Below are positions 11,438 to 20,367 of a stretch of DNA of 32,000 nt, piece by piece. How positions within the stretch are numbered: the stretch's first letter is position 1; each line of letters opens with the position of its first letter. Location of the stretch: the NCBI RefSeq assembly GCF_000021865.1, contig NC_014034.1:1650001-1682000 (forward strand). Reading direction: 5' to 3'. The stretch is from Rhodobacter capsulatus SB 1003. Its GTDB lineage: Bacteria; Pseudomonadota; Alphaproteobacteria; Rhodobacterales; Rhodobacteraceae. The translations under genes were made by a program, and so were the position numbers. Under the pieces are notes generated by a model. It was not told the origin of the DNA. It saw only the letters and a program-made list of their open reading frames with translations, and searched no databases.

Positions 11438-12874
11438 ATGACAAAAGCGGAATTCTCTCTCGTCCTGCCCGAAGTGCTGCTGGCCATCTATGCGATGGGG
11501 GTGCTGCTCTTCGGCGTCTGGACCGGCAAGGACAGGGTGGCGAAACCCATCCTCTGGGCCTCGGCCGTCACCATGCTGGCGCTGGCGCTGATCATCGGGC
11601 TCGGCACCGGCAATGACACGGCCTTTGGCGGGCTTTTCATCGCCGACGGCTTCGCGCGCTTCTCCAAGGTGGTGATCCTTGTCTCCGCCGCCGCCGTTCT
11701 GGCGATGAGTTCGGATTACATGGGCCGACGCGGGTTGTTGCGGTTCGAATATCCGATCCTGATCGTGCTGGCCGTGGTCGGCATGATGATGATGGTCTCG
11801 GCGGGCGATCTGATGTCGCTTTACATCGGGCTCGAGCTGCAATCGCTGGCGCTTTACGTGGTGGCGGCGCTGCGGCGCGACTCGGCGGTGTCGTCGGAAG
11901 CCGGTCTGAAATACTTCGTCCTTGGCTCGCTCTCCTCGGGGCTGCTGCTTTACGGCGCCTCGCTCGTCTACGGCTTTGCGGGCACCACGACCTTCTCGGG
12001 CATCATCACCGTGGTCGAGCAGGGCCACCTGCCGATCGGTCTGCTGTTCGGTCTGGTGTTCCTGCTGGCGGGTCTGGCCTTCAAGGTCTCGGCCGTGCCC
12101 TTCCACATGTGGACGCCCGATGTCTACGAAGGCTCGCCGACGCCGGTCACCGCCTTCTTTGCCACCGCGCCGAAACTGGCGGCGATGGCGCTGATCGCGC
12201 GGGTCGTTCATGACGCCTTCGGCCAGGTGCCGGGCGAATGGGGGCAGATCCTGGCCGCGCTGGCGCTGGCCTCGATGTATCTGGGCGCCATCGCCGGGAT
12301 CGGGCAGCGCGACATCAAGCGGCTGATGGCCTATTCCTCGATCTCGCACATGGGCTTTGGCCTGCTGGGTCTGGCGGCGGGCACGGCGGCGGGCGTGGAA
12401 TCGATGCTGCTCTACATGACGATCTATATCGTGATGAACGTCGGCACCTTCGCTTTCATCCTGTCGATGGAGCGTGACGGCAAGCCCGTCACCGAAATCG
12501 CCGCGCTGAACATGCTGTCGAAGACCGACCCGGTGAAGGCCTTTGCGCTTCTGGTGCTGCTCTTCAGCCTGGCGGGCGTGCCGCCGATGCTGGGCTTCTT
12601 TGCCAAATTCGCGGTGATCAAGGCGGCGATCGGGGCGGGCTTCGTCTGGGTGCCGGTGGCGGCGGTCGTGGCCTCGGTGATCGGCGCCTTCTACTACCTG
12701 CGCATCGTCTATTTCATGTATTTCGGCGAGAAATCCGCGCCGCTCGACGGCCGGATGCCCGCGCTGCAATTCGCCTTCCTCGTCCTTGCGGCGGTGGCGA
12801 TGCTGGGTGGCGCGATCAACATGGCGGGCGTCGAGGGCGCGGCGCAGGCGGCGGCGGCCTCCCTTGTCAACTGA
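11438..12874 (+). CDS. nuoN: NADH-quinone oxidoreductase subunit N (ND2 homologue)
   Basis: 478-aa polytopic protein with [27 protein letters not shown]. It is the last nuo gene. Confidence 0.95.
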   Translation: MTKAEFSLVLPEVLLAIYAMGVLLFGVWTGKDRVAKPILWASAVTMLALALIIGLGTGNDTAFGGLFIADGFARFSKVVILVSAAAVLAMSSDYMGRRGLLRFEYPILIVLAVVGMMMMVSAGDLMSLYIGLELQSLALYVVAALRRDSAVSSEAGLKYFVLGSLSSGLLLYGASLVYGFAGTTTFSGIITVVEQGHLPIGLLFGLVFLLAGLAFKVSAVPFHMWTPDVYEGSPTPVTAFFATAPKLAAMALIARVVHDAFGQVPGEWGQILAALALASMYLGAIAGIGQRDIKRLMAYSSISHMGFGLLGLAAGTAAGVESMLLYMTIYIVMNVGTFAFILSMERDGKPVTEIAALNMLSKTDPVKAFALLVLLFSLAGVPPMLGFFAKFAVIKAAIGAGFVWVPVAAVVASVIGAFYYLRIVYFMYFGEKSAPLDGRMPALQFAFLVLAAVAMLGGAINMAGVEGAAQAAAASLVN

Positions 12875-13622
12875 TCAAGATTGGCCCGAGGGCGTGGCCC
12901 GCCATGTCCTTGGGCAAACCGATACGACCATGGCCGAAGCGGCCCGGCTGGCCCCGCATCTTGCGGGGCCTGCTTGGGTTTTTGCGCATCGCCAGACCGC
13001 GGGCCGGGGCAGGCGGGGCCGCGACTGGCTGATGCCGTCGGGCAATTTCGCCGCCACGCTGGTCTTTCGCCCCGCCGTCACCCCCGCCACCGCGGCGCTT
13101 TATTCCTTTGTCGCGGCGCTTGCGCTCGAGGCGGCGCTGACCGAGGTCATGGGCCCCGGGCCCGTCACCGCGATCAAATGGCCCAATGACGTGCTGCTGA
13201 ACGGCGGCAAGATCGCCGGGATCTTGCTGGAAAGCGTCGGCACCGGCGGGCAGATCAGCCATCTTGCCGTCGGCATCGGCGTCAATCTGGCAAAGGCCCC
13301 GCCCGCGGCCGCCCTTGAACCGGGCGCCGTCGCCCCGGTGTCGCTTTTGGGCGAAACCGGGCTGGTGATCGATCCGCTCGACTTCCTGGCGCCCTTGGCG
13401 CGCGGTTTCGCGCATTATGCCGCAACCTTCGAGCGTTACGGTTTTGCCCCCATTCGCGCGGCATGGCTTGCCCGCGCCGCCAGGATCGGGCAAAGGATCA
13501 CCGCCCGCACCGGCACGGAAACCTTGACGGGCACCTTCGAGACGATCGACGACACCGGTGCGCTGATCCTTGCGACCGGCTCGGAACGGCGGGCGATCTC
13601 GGCGGCGGATATCTTCTTTTAG
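12864..13622 (+). CDS. birA: Biotin--[acetyl-CoA-carboxylase] ligase (group I BirA, no HTH domain); start codon uncertain
   Basis: Motifs: GRGRRGRDW biotin-binding loop, [19 protein letters not shown], and N-terminal [11 protein letters not shown] (the DSTN-like region). No ATG precedes the conserved N-terminus, so the candidates are TTG 12864 (overlaps the nuoN end) and GTG 12894. Confidence 0.85.
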   Translation: MSTDQDWPEGVARHVLGQTDTTMAEAARLAPHLAGPAWVFAHRQTAGRGRRGRDWLMPSGNFAATLVFRPAVTPATAALYSFVAALALEAALTEVMGPGPVTAIKWPNDVLLNGGKIAGILLESVGTGGQISHLAVGIGVNLAKAPPAAALEPGAVAPVSLLGETGLVIDPLDFLAPLARGFAHYAATFERYGFAPIRAAWLARAARIGQRITARTGTETLTGTFETIDDTGALILATGSERRAISAADIFF

Positions 13623-13631
13623 GGGCGCCCC

Positions 13632-14408
13632 ATGCTTTTGTGCATCGACTGCGGCAACACCAACACCGTGTTTTCGGTCTGGGACGGGACGGATTTCGCC
13701 GCCACCTGGCGCATCGCCACCGATCATCGCCGCACCGCCGACGAATATTTCGTCTGGCTGAACACGCTGATGCAACTGAAGGGCCTGCAGGGCCGGATCT
13801 CCGAGGCGATCATCTCCTCGACCGCGCCGCGGGTGGTGTTCAACCTGCGCGTTCTGTGCAACCGCTATTTCGACTGCCGCCCCTATGTCGTCGGCAAACC
13901 GGGCTGCGAGCTGCCGGTGGCGCCGCGCGTCGATCCGGGCACCACGGTCGGGCCGGACCGGCTGGTCAATACGGTGGCGGGCTATGACCGTCATGGCGGC
14001 GATCTGATCGTCGTCGATTTCGGCACCGCCACCACCTTTGACGTGGTGGCCCCCGATGGCGCCTATATCGGCGGGGTGATCGCGCCCGGGGTGAACCTGA
14101 GCCTTGAGGCGCTGCATATGGCGGCGGCCGCGCTGCCGCATGTCGACGTCACGAAACCGCAAGGGGTGATCGGCACGAATACGGTGGCCTGCATCCAATC
14201 CGGGGTGTATTGGGGCTATATCGGCCTTGTCGAAGGCATCGTGCGGCAGATCCGGATGGAACGTGACCGTCCGATGAAGGTGATTGCCACCGGGGGTCTT
14301 GCCTCGCTCTTCGATCTGGGTTTCGATCTGTTCGACAAGGTCGAGGATGACCTGACCATGCATGGTCTGCGTCTGATCTTCGATTACAACAAGGGACTTG
14401 GGGCGTGA
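13632..14408 (+). CDS. coaX: Type III pantothenate kinase
   Basis: MLLCIDCGNTNTVF (DxGNT phosphate-1 motif), VVDFGTATTFD, and ATGGLA near the C-terminus. 258 aa. Confidence 0.9.
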   Translation: MLLCIDCGNTNTVFSVWDGTDFAATWRIATDHRRTADEYFVWLNTLMQLKGLQGRISEAIISSTAPRVVFNLRVLCNRYFDCRPYVVGKPGCELPVAPRVDPGTTVGPDRLVNTVAGYDRHGGDLIVVDFGTATTFDVVAPDGAYIGGVIAPGVNLSLEALHMAAAALPHVDVTKPQGVIGTNTVACIQSGVYWGYIGLVEGIVRQIRMERDRPMKVIATGGLASLFDLGFDLFDKVEDDLTMHGLRLIFDYNKGLGA

Positions 14409-16081
14409 GCGAGCGACTGATCTACCTTCCTTTGGGCGGTGCCGGCGAAGTCGGGATGAATGCCTATGTCTATGGCTACGGTCCCGAGGGCAAGGAACGG
14501 CTGATCGTCGTCGATCTGGGCGTCACCTTCCCGGACATGGACGGCTCGCCCGGGGTCGATCTGATCATGGCCGACACGGCCTGGCTGGAGGCGAACGTCA
14601 ACCGCATCGATGCGATCTTCCTGACCCATGGCCATGAAGATCACATCGGCGCCATGCCGCATCTGTGGCCGAAGCTGCGCGCGCCGGTCTTTGCGCGCCG
14701 CTTCACCGCCGCGCTGGTCGCGATCAAGATGGAAGAGGCGGGCCTTGCCTCGGACATGATCCGCGTCGTCGAACCGCGCCCGAAGGCGATCGATGTCGGC
14801 CCGTTCCGGGTGCAATTCGTCCCCGTCAGCCATTCGATCCCGGAAAGCTCGGCGCTGATCATCGACACGCCCGCGGGCCGCGTCGTGCATACGGGCGATT
14901 TCAAGCTCGATGGCAATCCGGTGGTGGGCGAGCCCTTCGACCCGCTCGAATGGCACGAGATCGCGAACGAGGGCGCGGGCATCAAGGTGCTGTGCTGCGA
15001 TTCGACGAACGTCTTCACCCACAACCCGGGGCGGTCTGAATCGACGCTGGTGGCGCCCTTGCGGGATTTCATTGCCGCGCAAAAGGGGATGGTGGTGACG
15101 ACCACTTTCGCCTCGAACGTGGCGCGGCTGAAGACCCTGGCCGAGGCCGGTCGGGCCGCCGGTCGGTCCGTCTGTCTTTTGGGCCGGGCCATGCGCAAGA
15201 TGGTGCAGGTCGCCGAGGAGGCCAATGTTCTCAAGGGCTTCCCCGGCACGATCCAGCCCGAGGAAGCGGTCGATGTGCCGCGCCAGAACCTGATGCTGAT
15301 TGTCACCGGCTCGCAGGGGGAACGGCGTGCGGCCACGGCGCAGCTCAGCCGCGGCAAATATCTGGGGCTCTCGATGAAGGAGGGGGACACGTTCCTTTTT
15401 TCCTCGAAGGTGATCCCGGGCAACGAGCGCGGCGTGATCAAGATCATGAACGCCTTTTCCGAAATGGGCGTCGATGTGGTCGATGACCGGGGCGGGCTTT
15501 ACCACGTCTCGGGCCATGCCAACCGCCCCGATCTGGATGCGGTGCATGACCTGCTTCGGCCGCAGATCCTGATTCCGATGCATGGCGAGCATCGCCACCT
15601 GCGCGAACATGCCAAGATCGCGCAATCGAAGGGCATCGCCACCGAGATCGCGACGAACGGCACGATGCTGGATCTGACCGGCCCGGCGCCGAAAGTGGTG
15701 GAATATATCGAGACCGGGCGGCTTTATCTGGATGGGACGGTGCTGATCGGGGCGCTGGACGGGGTCGTGCGCGAACGCATCCGCATGGCGCTGAACGGCC
15801 ATGTGCTGATCACCGTGATCATCGACGAGGATGACGTGCCCCTCGGCGATGCCTGGGTCGAGCTGATGGGCCTGCCCGAACGCGGCAAGTCGGGCGGCGA
15901 CATGATGAAGATCATCGAGGACGAGCTTTCGGCCTTCCTCGAATCCGCGCCCGAGAAAATCGTCCGCGATGACGACAAGCTGGACGAGGCGCTGCGCCGC
16001 ATCGCCCGGCAGGTCGCCATGGAAGAGATCGGCAAGAAACCCGAAGTGACGGTGGTGGTGTCGCGGCTGATGGCCGAGTGA
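14405..16081 (+). CDS. rnj: Ribonuclease J (metallo-beta-lactamase / beta-CASP family)
   Basis: GTG start overlaps the coaX stop (GTGA). HGHEDHIGA metal-binding motif, followed by beta-CASP-like segments and HVSGHA. 558 aa. Confidence 0.9.
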   Translation: MSERLIYLPLGGAGEVGMNAYVYGYGPEGKERLIVVDLGVTFPDMDGSPGVDLIMADTAWLEANVNRIDAIFLTHGHEDHIGAMPHLWPKLRAPVFARRFTAALVAIKMEEAGLASDMIRVVEPRPKAIDVGPFRVQFVPVSHSIPESSALIIDTPAGRVVHTGDFKLDGNPVVGEPFDPLEWHEIANEGAGIKVLCCDSTNVFTHNPGRSESTLVAPLRDFIAAQKGMVVTTTFASNVARLKTLAEAGRAAGRSVCLLGRAMRKMVQVAEEANVLKGFPGTIQPEEAVDVPRQNLMLIVTGSQGERRAATAQLSRGKYLGLSMKEGDTFLFSSKVIPGNERGVIKIMNAFSEMGVDVVDDRGGLYHVSGHANRPDLDAVHDLLRPQILIPMHGEHRHLREHAKIAQSKGIATEIATNGTMLDLTGPAPKVVEYIETGRLYLDGTVLIGALDGVVRERIRMALNGHVLITVIIDEDDVPLGDAWVELMGLPERGKSGGDMMKIIEDELSAFLESAPEKIVRDDDKLDEALRRIARQVAMEEIGKKPEVTVVVSRLMAE

Positions 16082-16099
16082 TCCGCAACCGATCGCGGG

Positions 16100-16136
16100 C
16101 AGGGGCCTCGGCTTTGCCGGGGCCCTGTGCATTTCG
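16100..16136 (+). terminator. Candidate intrinsic terminator after rnj
   Basis: Imperfect GC-rich hairpin CAGGGGCCTCGGC-TTT-GCCGGGGCCCTG (about 11 pairs including wobbles), followed by TGCATTTCG. The U tract is weak. Confidence 0.45.
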
Positions 16137-16268
16137 CTGTTGCAGCAATGCCCGTATGCGCCGGTATGCCGCAAGCGCGCGTGAATTCCGCCTCTTCCGT
16201 TCTTGCGTCATCGCCTTGCAGGATTATCTCGACGCAAGAGCACCAAGAAACCAGCCAAAGGCTTTGCC

Positions 16269-17555
16269 ATGACGCCCATCGACGACCATCCCCTGCGCTA
16301 TGCGCTGGTGAACGAGCTTCACGCCCGGCCCTTTCCCTCGGTCGGGGCGCCTGCCCATGTCGTCTATCTTGCGATCAAGGAACCCTTCGACGCCGCCAAC
16401 CGCGACCGCGCCAGGGATCACGCGCATCTGTGCGATCTTCTGACCCGCTACGGCGCCGCGATCCCGCCCGGCGATGTCACGCATTATTCCGGCGAGATCG
16501 GGCGGCACACGCTGAAATGGGACAGCCACACCGAATTCACCACCTTTCTGGCCTATGCGCCCGGGGTCTCGGCGCGGCCTTTCGATCCGGCCGAGGCCGA
16601 GGTCTTCCCCTCCGACTGGATCCAATCGGCGCCGGGGCGGCGGCTGGCGGCGGTCTCGATCCGCATCGAGGACCTGCCCGAGGAGACCGAGGCGATCCTG
16701 CCGCTGATCGACAGCTGGTTCGTGCCCGAAAGCCTGGTCTGCACCTGGGTGCTGGAGGAAACCGCGGTGATCGCCACCGATTTCCGCATCGACTCGGCGG
16801 GGCAGATGCGCTTTGCGGTCTTTGCCAAGCCCGGCACGGGGCAGGGGCGCATTGGCCGGATCGTGCAGCGGATCTGCGAGCTGGAAACCTATCGCGCGAT
16901 GTCGATGCTGGGTCTGGGGCGGGCGCGGGCGCTGACGCAGACGCTGAATGCGCTTGACCCCGAGCTGACCAATCTGGTCGCGCTGATGAATGACGACGCC
17001 CATCCGGCCGAGGACACGCTGCACCGGCTGCTCGAAGTTTCGACGGAACTGGAAAGCCTTGCGGTGACGAACACCTTCCGCTTCTCGGCCACAGCGGCCT
17101 ATGAGGCGATCGTGAACGAGCGCGTCGAGGTGCTGCGCGAAAGCCGGTTTCACGGGCGTCAGAAGTTTTCGGAATTCATGAACCGCCGCTATGATCCGGC
17201 GATGCGGACGGTGAAATCGGCCGAGGTGCGGCTGAATGCGATGGTCGAACGCGCGGCGCGGGCGGGCGAATTGCTGCGCACGCGCGTCGATGTGGCGCGG
17301 CAGGCGCAGAACCAGAAGCTTCTGGAAAGCATGGACCGGCGCTCGGATCTGCAGCTGCGGCTGCAACGCACGGTCGAGGGGCTCTCGGTGGTGGCGATCA
17401 GCTATTACGCGGTCAGCCTCGCGGCCTATGCGGTCTATCCGATCGCCAAGGAAATCGGCATCAGCAAGGAAATGGCGGTGGCGGGGCTGACGCCGCTCGT
17501 CGTCGCGGTGGTCTGGCTGGCGCTGCGCCGGATCCGGAACGGCGTCGGGCATTGA
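16269..17555 (+). CDS. DUF3422-family membrane-anchored protein
   Basis: Preferred start ATG 16269 (MTPIDDHPLRYALVNELHARPFPS, an N-terminus I recognise as DUF3422-like). Coiled region, then two C-terminal TM helices (LSVVAISYYAVSLAAYAVY and AGLTPLVVAVVWLAL). Confidence 0.8.
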   Translation: MTPIDDHPLRYALVNELHARPFPSVGAPAHVVYLAIKEPFDAANRDRARDHAHLCDLLTRYGAAIPPGDVTHYSGEIGRHTLKWDSHTEFTTFLAYAPGVSARPFDPAEAEVFPSDWIQSAPGRRLAAVSIRIEDLPEETEAILPLIDSWFVPESLVCTWVLEETAVIATDFRIDSAGQMRFAVFAKPGTGQGRIGRIVQRICELETYRAMSMLGLGRARALTQTLNALDPELTNLVALMNDDAHPAEDTLHRLLEVSTELESLAVTNTFRFSATAAYEAIVNERVEVLRESRFHGRQKFSEFMNRRYDPAMRTVKSAEVRLNAMVERAARAGELLRTRVDVARQAQNQKLLESMDRRSDLQLRLQRTVEGLSVVAISYYAVSLAAYAVYPIAKEIGISKEMAVAGLTPLVVAVVWLALRRIRNGVGH

Positions 17556-17590
17556 GCCTGGTTTGACCCGAGCCGGTTTCGGGCGGATCC

Positions 17591-17710
17591 GGAAAGGCAT
17601 CGCCTTTCCCCGCCCGCGCCGGAACGGCTCATGCCAAGACCGCATCCCCAAGCGCGACAGAGACCGGCGCCCGCCGGGGCGGGCGCTGGCCGAGTGCCTG
17701 AAGCACTCGG
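17591..17710. terminator. Cluster of three GC-rich hairpins in the convergent gap between the DUF3422 gene and ilvH
   Basis: GGAAAGGC-ATC-GCCTTTCC (17591-17609); GCGCCCGC-CGGG-GCGGGCGC (about 17668-17687); CCGAGTGC-CTGAA-GCACTCGG (17690-17710). None has a clean U tract, so a terminator function is only inferred from position. Confidence 0.35.
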
Positions 17711-17774
17711 CGGTCATGGGGACAGGTGTCGCGTGACCTCGGCAATGGCCTCGGTCAGGGTGTCGTTGCGAAGC

Positions 17775-18335
17775 TCAGACGCCGCGGGCCAGCGCGGCCA
17801 CGCCCGTGCGCGCCACATCGACCAGGCCGAGCGGCCGCATCAGCTCGGCAAAGGCGTCGATCTTTTCCGAGGTGCCGGTGATCTCGAAGATGAAGCTTTC
17901 GAGCGTGCTGTCCACCACCGAGGCGCGGAAGATATCGGCCAGACGCAAGGATTCCACCCGCTTTTCGCCAGTTGCCGTGACCTTGAACAGCGCCAGTTCG
18001 CGCTCGACCGCCTTCGCTTCGGTGGTCAGGTCGTGGACTTCGTGCACCGGCACGATGCGGCCCAGTTGCGCGCGGATCTGCTCGATCACGGCTTCCGTGC
18101 CGCGGGTGACGATGGTGATGCGGCTCCGGTGCCCCTTGTGGTCGATTTCCGCCACGGTCAGGCTGTCGATGTTGTAGCCGCGCCCGGAAAATAGCCCGAT
18201 CACGCGGGCTAGAACCCCCGGTTCGTTCTCGACGATGACGGCCAAGGTGTGGCTGCGTTCGACATCCGAATGGAAGTCGCGCAGATCATAGGCGGAGTGG
18301 CTCGACGAGCCTTTCTTGATGTTCAGAGCGGCCAT
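17775..18335 (-). CDS. ilvH: Acetolactate synthase small (regulatory) subunit
   Basis: 186 aa with an ACT domain, HTLAVIVENEPGVLARVIGLFSGRGYNIDSLTV. RBS GGGAGAGG before ATG 18335. Lies directly downstream of the large subunit gene. Confidence 0.92.
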   Translation of the reverse strand: MAALNIKKGSSSHSAYDLRDFHSDVERSHTLAVIVENEPGVLARVIGLFSGRGYNIDSLTVAEIDHKGHRSRITIVTRGTEAVIEQIRAQLGRIVPVHEVHDLTTEAKAVERELALFKVTATGEKRVESLRLADIFRASVVDSTLESFIFEITGTSEKIDAFAELMRPLGLVDVARTGVAALARGV

Positions 18336-18358
18336 TGCCCTCTCCCTTCCGATACTGA

Positions 18359-18384
18359 TTTATCTTGCCGGAAATATCCCGGGG
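18359..18384 (+). repeat. Copy 1 of a 26-nt intergenic motif TTTATCTTGCC-NN-AAATATCCCGGGG, followed 3 nt later by a GC hairpin (18388-18410)
   Basis: 24 of 26 nt identical to 27032-27057. Lies in the 81-nt ilvI-ilvH spacer. The adjacent hairpin is CCGGGGGG-CAAGGGG-CCCCCCGG. Confidence 0.5.
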
Positions 18385-18416
18385 GGTCCGGGGGGCAAGG
18401 GGCCCCCCGGCCGCTC

Positions 18417-20162
18417 TCACACCAGCGCGGCGCCGCCGCGGAAGGCCTCGGCATCGGCCGAGAGCAGCATTTCGTTATGCGGCTTGCCGGACGGGATCAT
18501 CGGGAAGCAGTTCTCGTGCTTCTCGACCAGACAGTCGAACAGAACCGGGCCGTCGTGATTGATCATTTCCATGATCGCATCGTCGAGCTCCTTCGGATCG
18601 CGGCACAGGATGCCCTTCCAGCCGAAGCTTTCCGCCAGTTTCACGAAATCGGGCAGGCTTTCCGACCAGCTTTGCGAATAACGCCCGCCATGCAGCAGGT
18701 CCTGCCACTGCCGCACCATGCCCAGCCGCTCGCTGTTCAGGATGAACTGCTTGACCGGGGTGCGGAACTGCGTCGCCGTGCCCATTTCCTGCATGTTCAT
18801 CAGCCAGGACGCCTCACCGGCGATGTTGATCACCAGCGCATCGGGATGCGCGATCTGCACCCCGATCGAGGCCGGGAAACCATAGCCCATCGTGCCCAGC
18901 CCTCCGCTGGTCATCCAGCGGTTCGGCGCCTCGAAGCCCAGATATTGCGCCGCCCACATCTGATGCTGGCCGACTTCGGTGGTGATGTAGCGGCTGCGCC
19001 CCTTGGTCAGGGCCTTCAGCCGCTCCAGCGCATATTGCGGTTTGGTGATGCTGTCCGAGCCGGTGTAGGCGAGGCAGCGGATCTTCTTCCACTCCTCGAT
19101 CTTGCCCCACCATTTCGCAAGGCCTTCCTTGTTCACCTTGCGCCCGCGCGCCTTCCAGACCTTGAGCAGGTCTTCGAGCACATGGCCGATATCGCCCACG
19201 ATCGGCAGATCGACGGTGACGATCTTGTTGATCGAGGAGGCGTCGATATCGACATGCGCCTTGGTCGAATGGGGGCTGAAATCGGCGACGCGCCCGGTGA
19301 TGCGGTCATCGAACCGCGCGCCGAGGTTGATCATCAGATCGCATCCATGCATCGCCAGATTGGCCTCGTAAAGCCCGTGCATGCCCAGCATGCCCAGCCA
19401 CGATTTGCCCGAGGCCGGATAGGCGCCCAAGCCCATCAGCGTCGAGGTGATGGGGAAGCCCGTCGCATCGACCAGCTCGCGCAGCAGTTGCGACGCCCCG
19501 GGACCCGAGTTGATCACCCCGCCGCCGGTGTAAAAGATCGGCCGTTCCGCCTTTTCGATCAGCTCCACCAGCTTGGTGATCGCCTCCAGATCGCCCTTGA
19601 GCCGCGGCTGGTAATTGTCCACCCGCGCCGTTTTCGGCCCCGTATACTGGCCGGTGGCGAATTGCACGTCTTTCGGCAGGTCGATCAGCACCGGGCCGGG
19701 CCGCCCCGAGGTGGCGACATGGAAGGCCTGATGGATGGTTTCCGACAGTTTCGCCGGGTCCTTCACCAGCCAGTTGTGCTTGGTGCAGGGCCGGGTGATG
19801 CCGATCGTGTCGGCCTCCTGAAAGCCGTCGGTGCCGATCATGAAAGTGGGCACCTGACCCGAGAAGACCACGAGCGGAATGCTGTCCATCAGCGCATCGG
19901 TCAGCCCGGTCACGGCGTTCGTCGCGCCGGGGCCCGAGGTCACCAGCACCACGCCCGGCTTGCCGGTCGAGCGGGCATAGCCCTCGGCCATGTGCACCGC
20001 GGCCTGTTCGTGCCGCACCAGGATGTGGCGGATGTCGTTTTGCTGAAAGATCGCGTCATAGATCGGAAGGACGGCGCCGCCCGGATATCCGAAGATCGTG
20101 TCGACCCCCTGATCCTTCAGCGCCTGCACCACCATTTCCGCGCCGGTCATCTGCCGCGACAT
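18417..20162 (-). CDS. ilvI: Acetolactate synthase large (catalytic) subunit, ThDP/FAD-dependent
   Basis: Preferred start ATG 20162 (MSRQMTGAEMVVQALKDQGVDTIFGYPGGAVLPIYD) with RBS GGAAAGGACGG; the track start 20252 is an extension. ThDP motif GGLGTMGYGFPASIG...NMQE. Confidence 0.95.
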   Translation of the reverse strand: MSRQMTGAEMVVQALKDQGVDTIFGYPGGAVLPIYDAIFQQNDIRHILVRHEQAAVHMAEGYARSTGKPGVVLVTSGPGATNAVTGLTDALMDSIPLVVFSGQVPTFMIGTDGFQEADTIGITRPCTKHNWLVKDPAKLSETIHQAFHVATSGRPGPVLIDLPKDVQFATGQYTGPKTARVDNYQPRLKGDLEAITKLVELIEKAERPIFYTGGGVINSGPGASQLLRELVDATGFPITSTLMGLGAYPASGKSWLGMLGMHGLYEANLAMHGCDLMINLGARFDDRITGRVADFSPHSTKAHVDIDASSINKIVTVDLPIVGDIGHVLEDLLKVWKARGRKVNKEGLAKWWGKIEEWKKIRCLAYTGSDSITKPQYALERLKALTKGRSRYITTEVGQHQMWAAQYLGFEAPNRWMTSGGLGTMGYGFPASIGVQIAHPDALVINIAGEASWLMNMQEMGTATQFRTPVKQFILNSERLGMVRQWQDLLHGGRYSQSWSESLPDFVKLAESFGWKGILCRDPKELDDAIMEMINHDGPVLFDCLVEKHENCFPMIPSGKPHNEMLLSADAEAFRGGAALV

Positions 20163-20205
20163 CTTTTCCGTCCTTTCCGGGGGCATCCCACCCCGCCCGT
20201 TTCTC

Positions 20206-20236
20206 AACAAAAAGCCCCCGCTGGTCTGGCGAGGGC
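20206..20236 (-). terminator. Intrinsic terminator (attenuator) in the ilvIH leader
   Basis: On the - strand, GCCCUCGC-CAGACCA-GCGGGGGC (8 bp with one U-G wobble) is followed by UUUUUGUUG. It lies between the leader peptide stop and the ilvI RBS. Confidence 0.6.
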
Positions 20237-20261
20237 GCATGGGAACCATCATGGTCGACCG

Positions 20262-20309
20262 TCACCGGCCCATGCGTCCATCCTTCCCTACGACAAGAAG
20301 CGAGAGCAT
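20262..20309 (-). CDS. Candidate ilvIH leader peptide MLSLLVVGKDGRMGR (15 aa)
   Basis: ATG 20309 is preceded by AAGGA 6 nt upstream. Codons 2-7 are L S L L V V (four consecutive Leu/Val codons). UGA at 20262-20264. The terminator lies about 25 nt downstream. Confidence 0.5.
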   Translation of the reverse strand: MLSLLVVGKDGRMGR

Positions 20310-20338
20310 CGCTGATCCTTTCCCAATACTCGGGGCGG

Positions 20339-20367
20339 ACATTAGGGGGCCGCGGCAACAGCGTCAA
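20339..20367 (-). promoter_or_regulatory. Possible sigma-70-type promoter for the ilv leader
   Basis: On the - strand, TTGACG (20367-20362), a 17-nt spacer, then TAATGT (20344-20339), about 30 nt upstream of the leader ATG. The -10 matches only 3 of 6 positions. Confidence 0.3.

Noticed and set aside
9962-12769. 935-aa - strand ORF antisense to nuoM and nuoN
   Set aside because: Shadow ORF of high-GC coding DNA. It has no motifs, and the sense strand encodes conserved antiporter-like subunits.
12867-16174. - strand ORFs of 498 aa and 596 aa antisense to birA, coaX and rnj
   Set aside because: Arg/Gly/Asp-rich shadow ORFs. The sense-strand genes have diagnostic motifs ([20 protein letters not shown]).
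16224-17717. 497-aa - strand ORF antisense to the DUF3422 gene
   Set aside because: Shadow ORF. The + strand has the better codon pattern, a recognisable N-terminal family signature and C-terminal TM helices.
18249-20315. 688-aa + strand ORF antisense to ilvI
   Set aside because: Shadow ORF. The - strand encodes a textbook acetolactate synthase large subunit.
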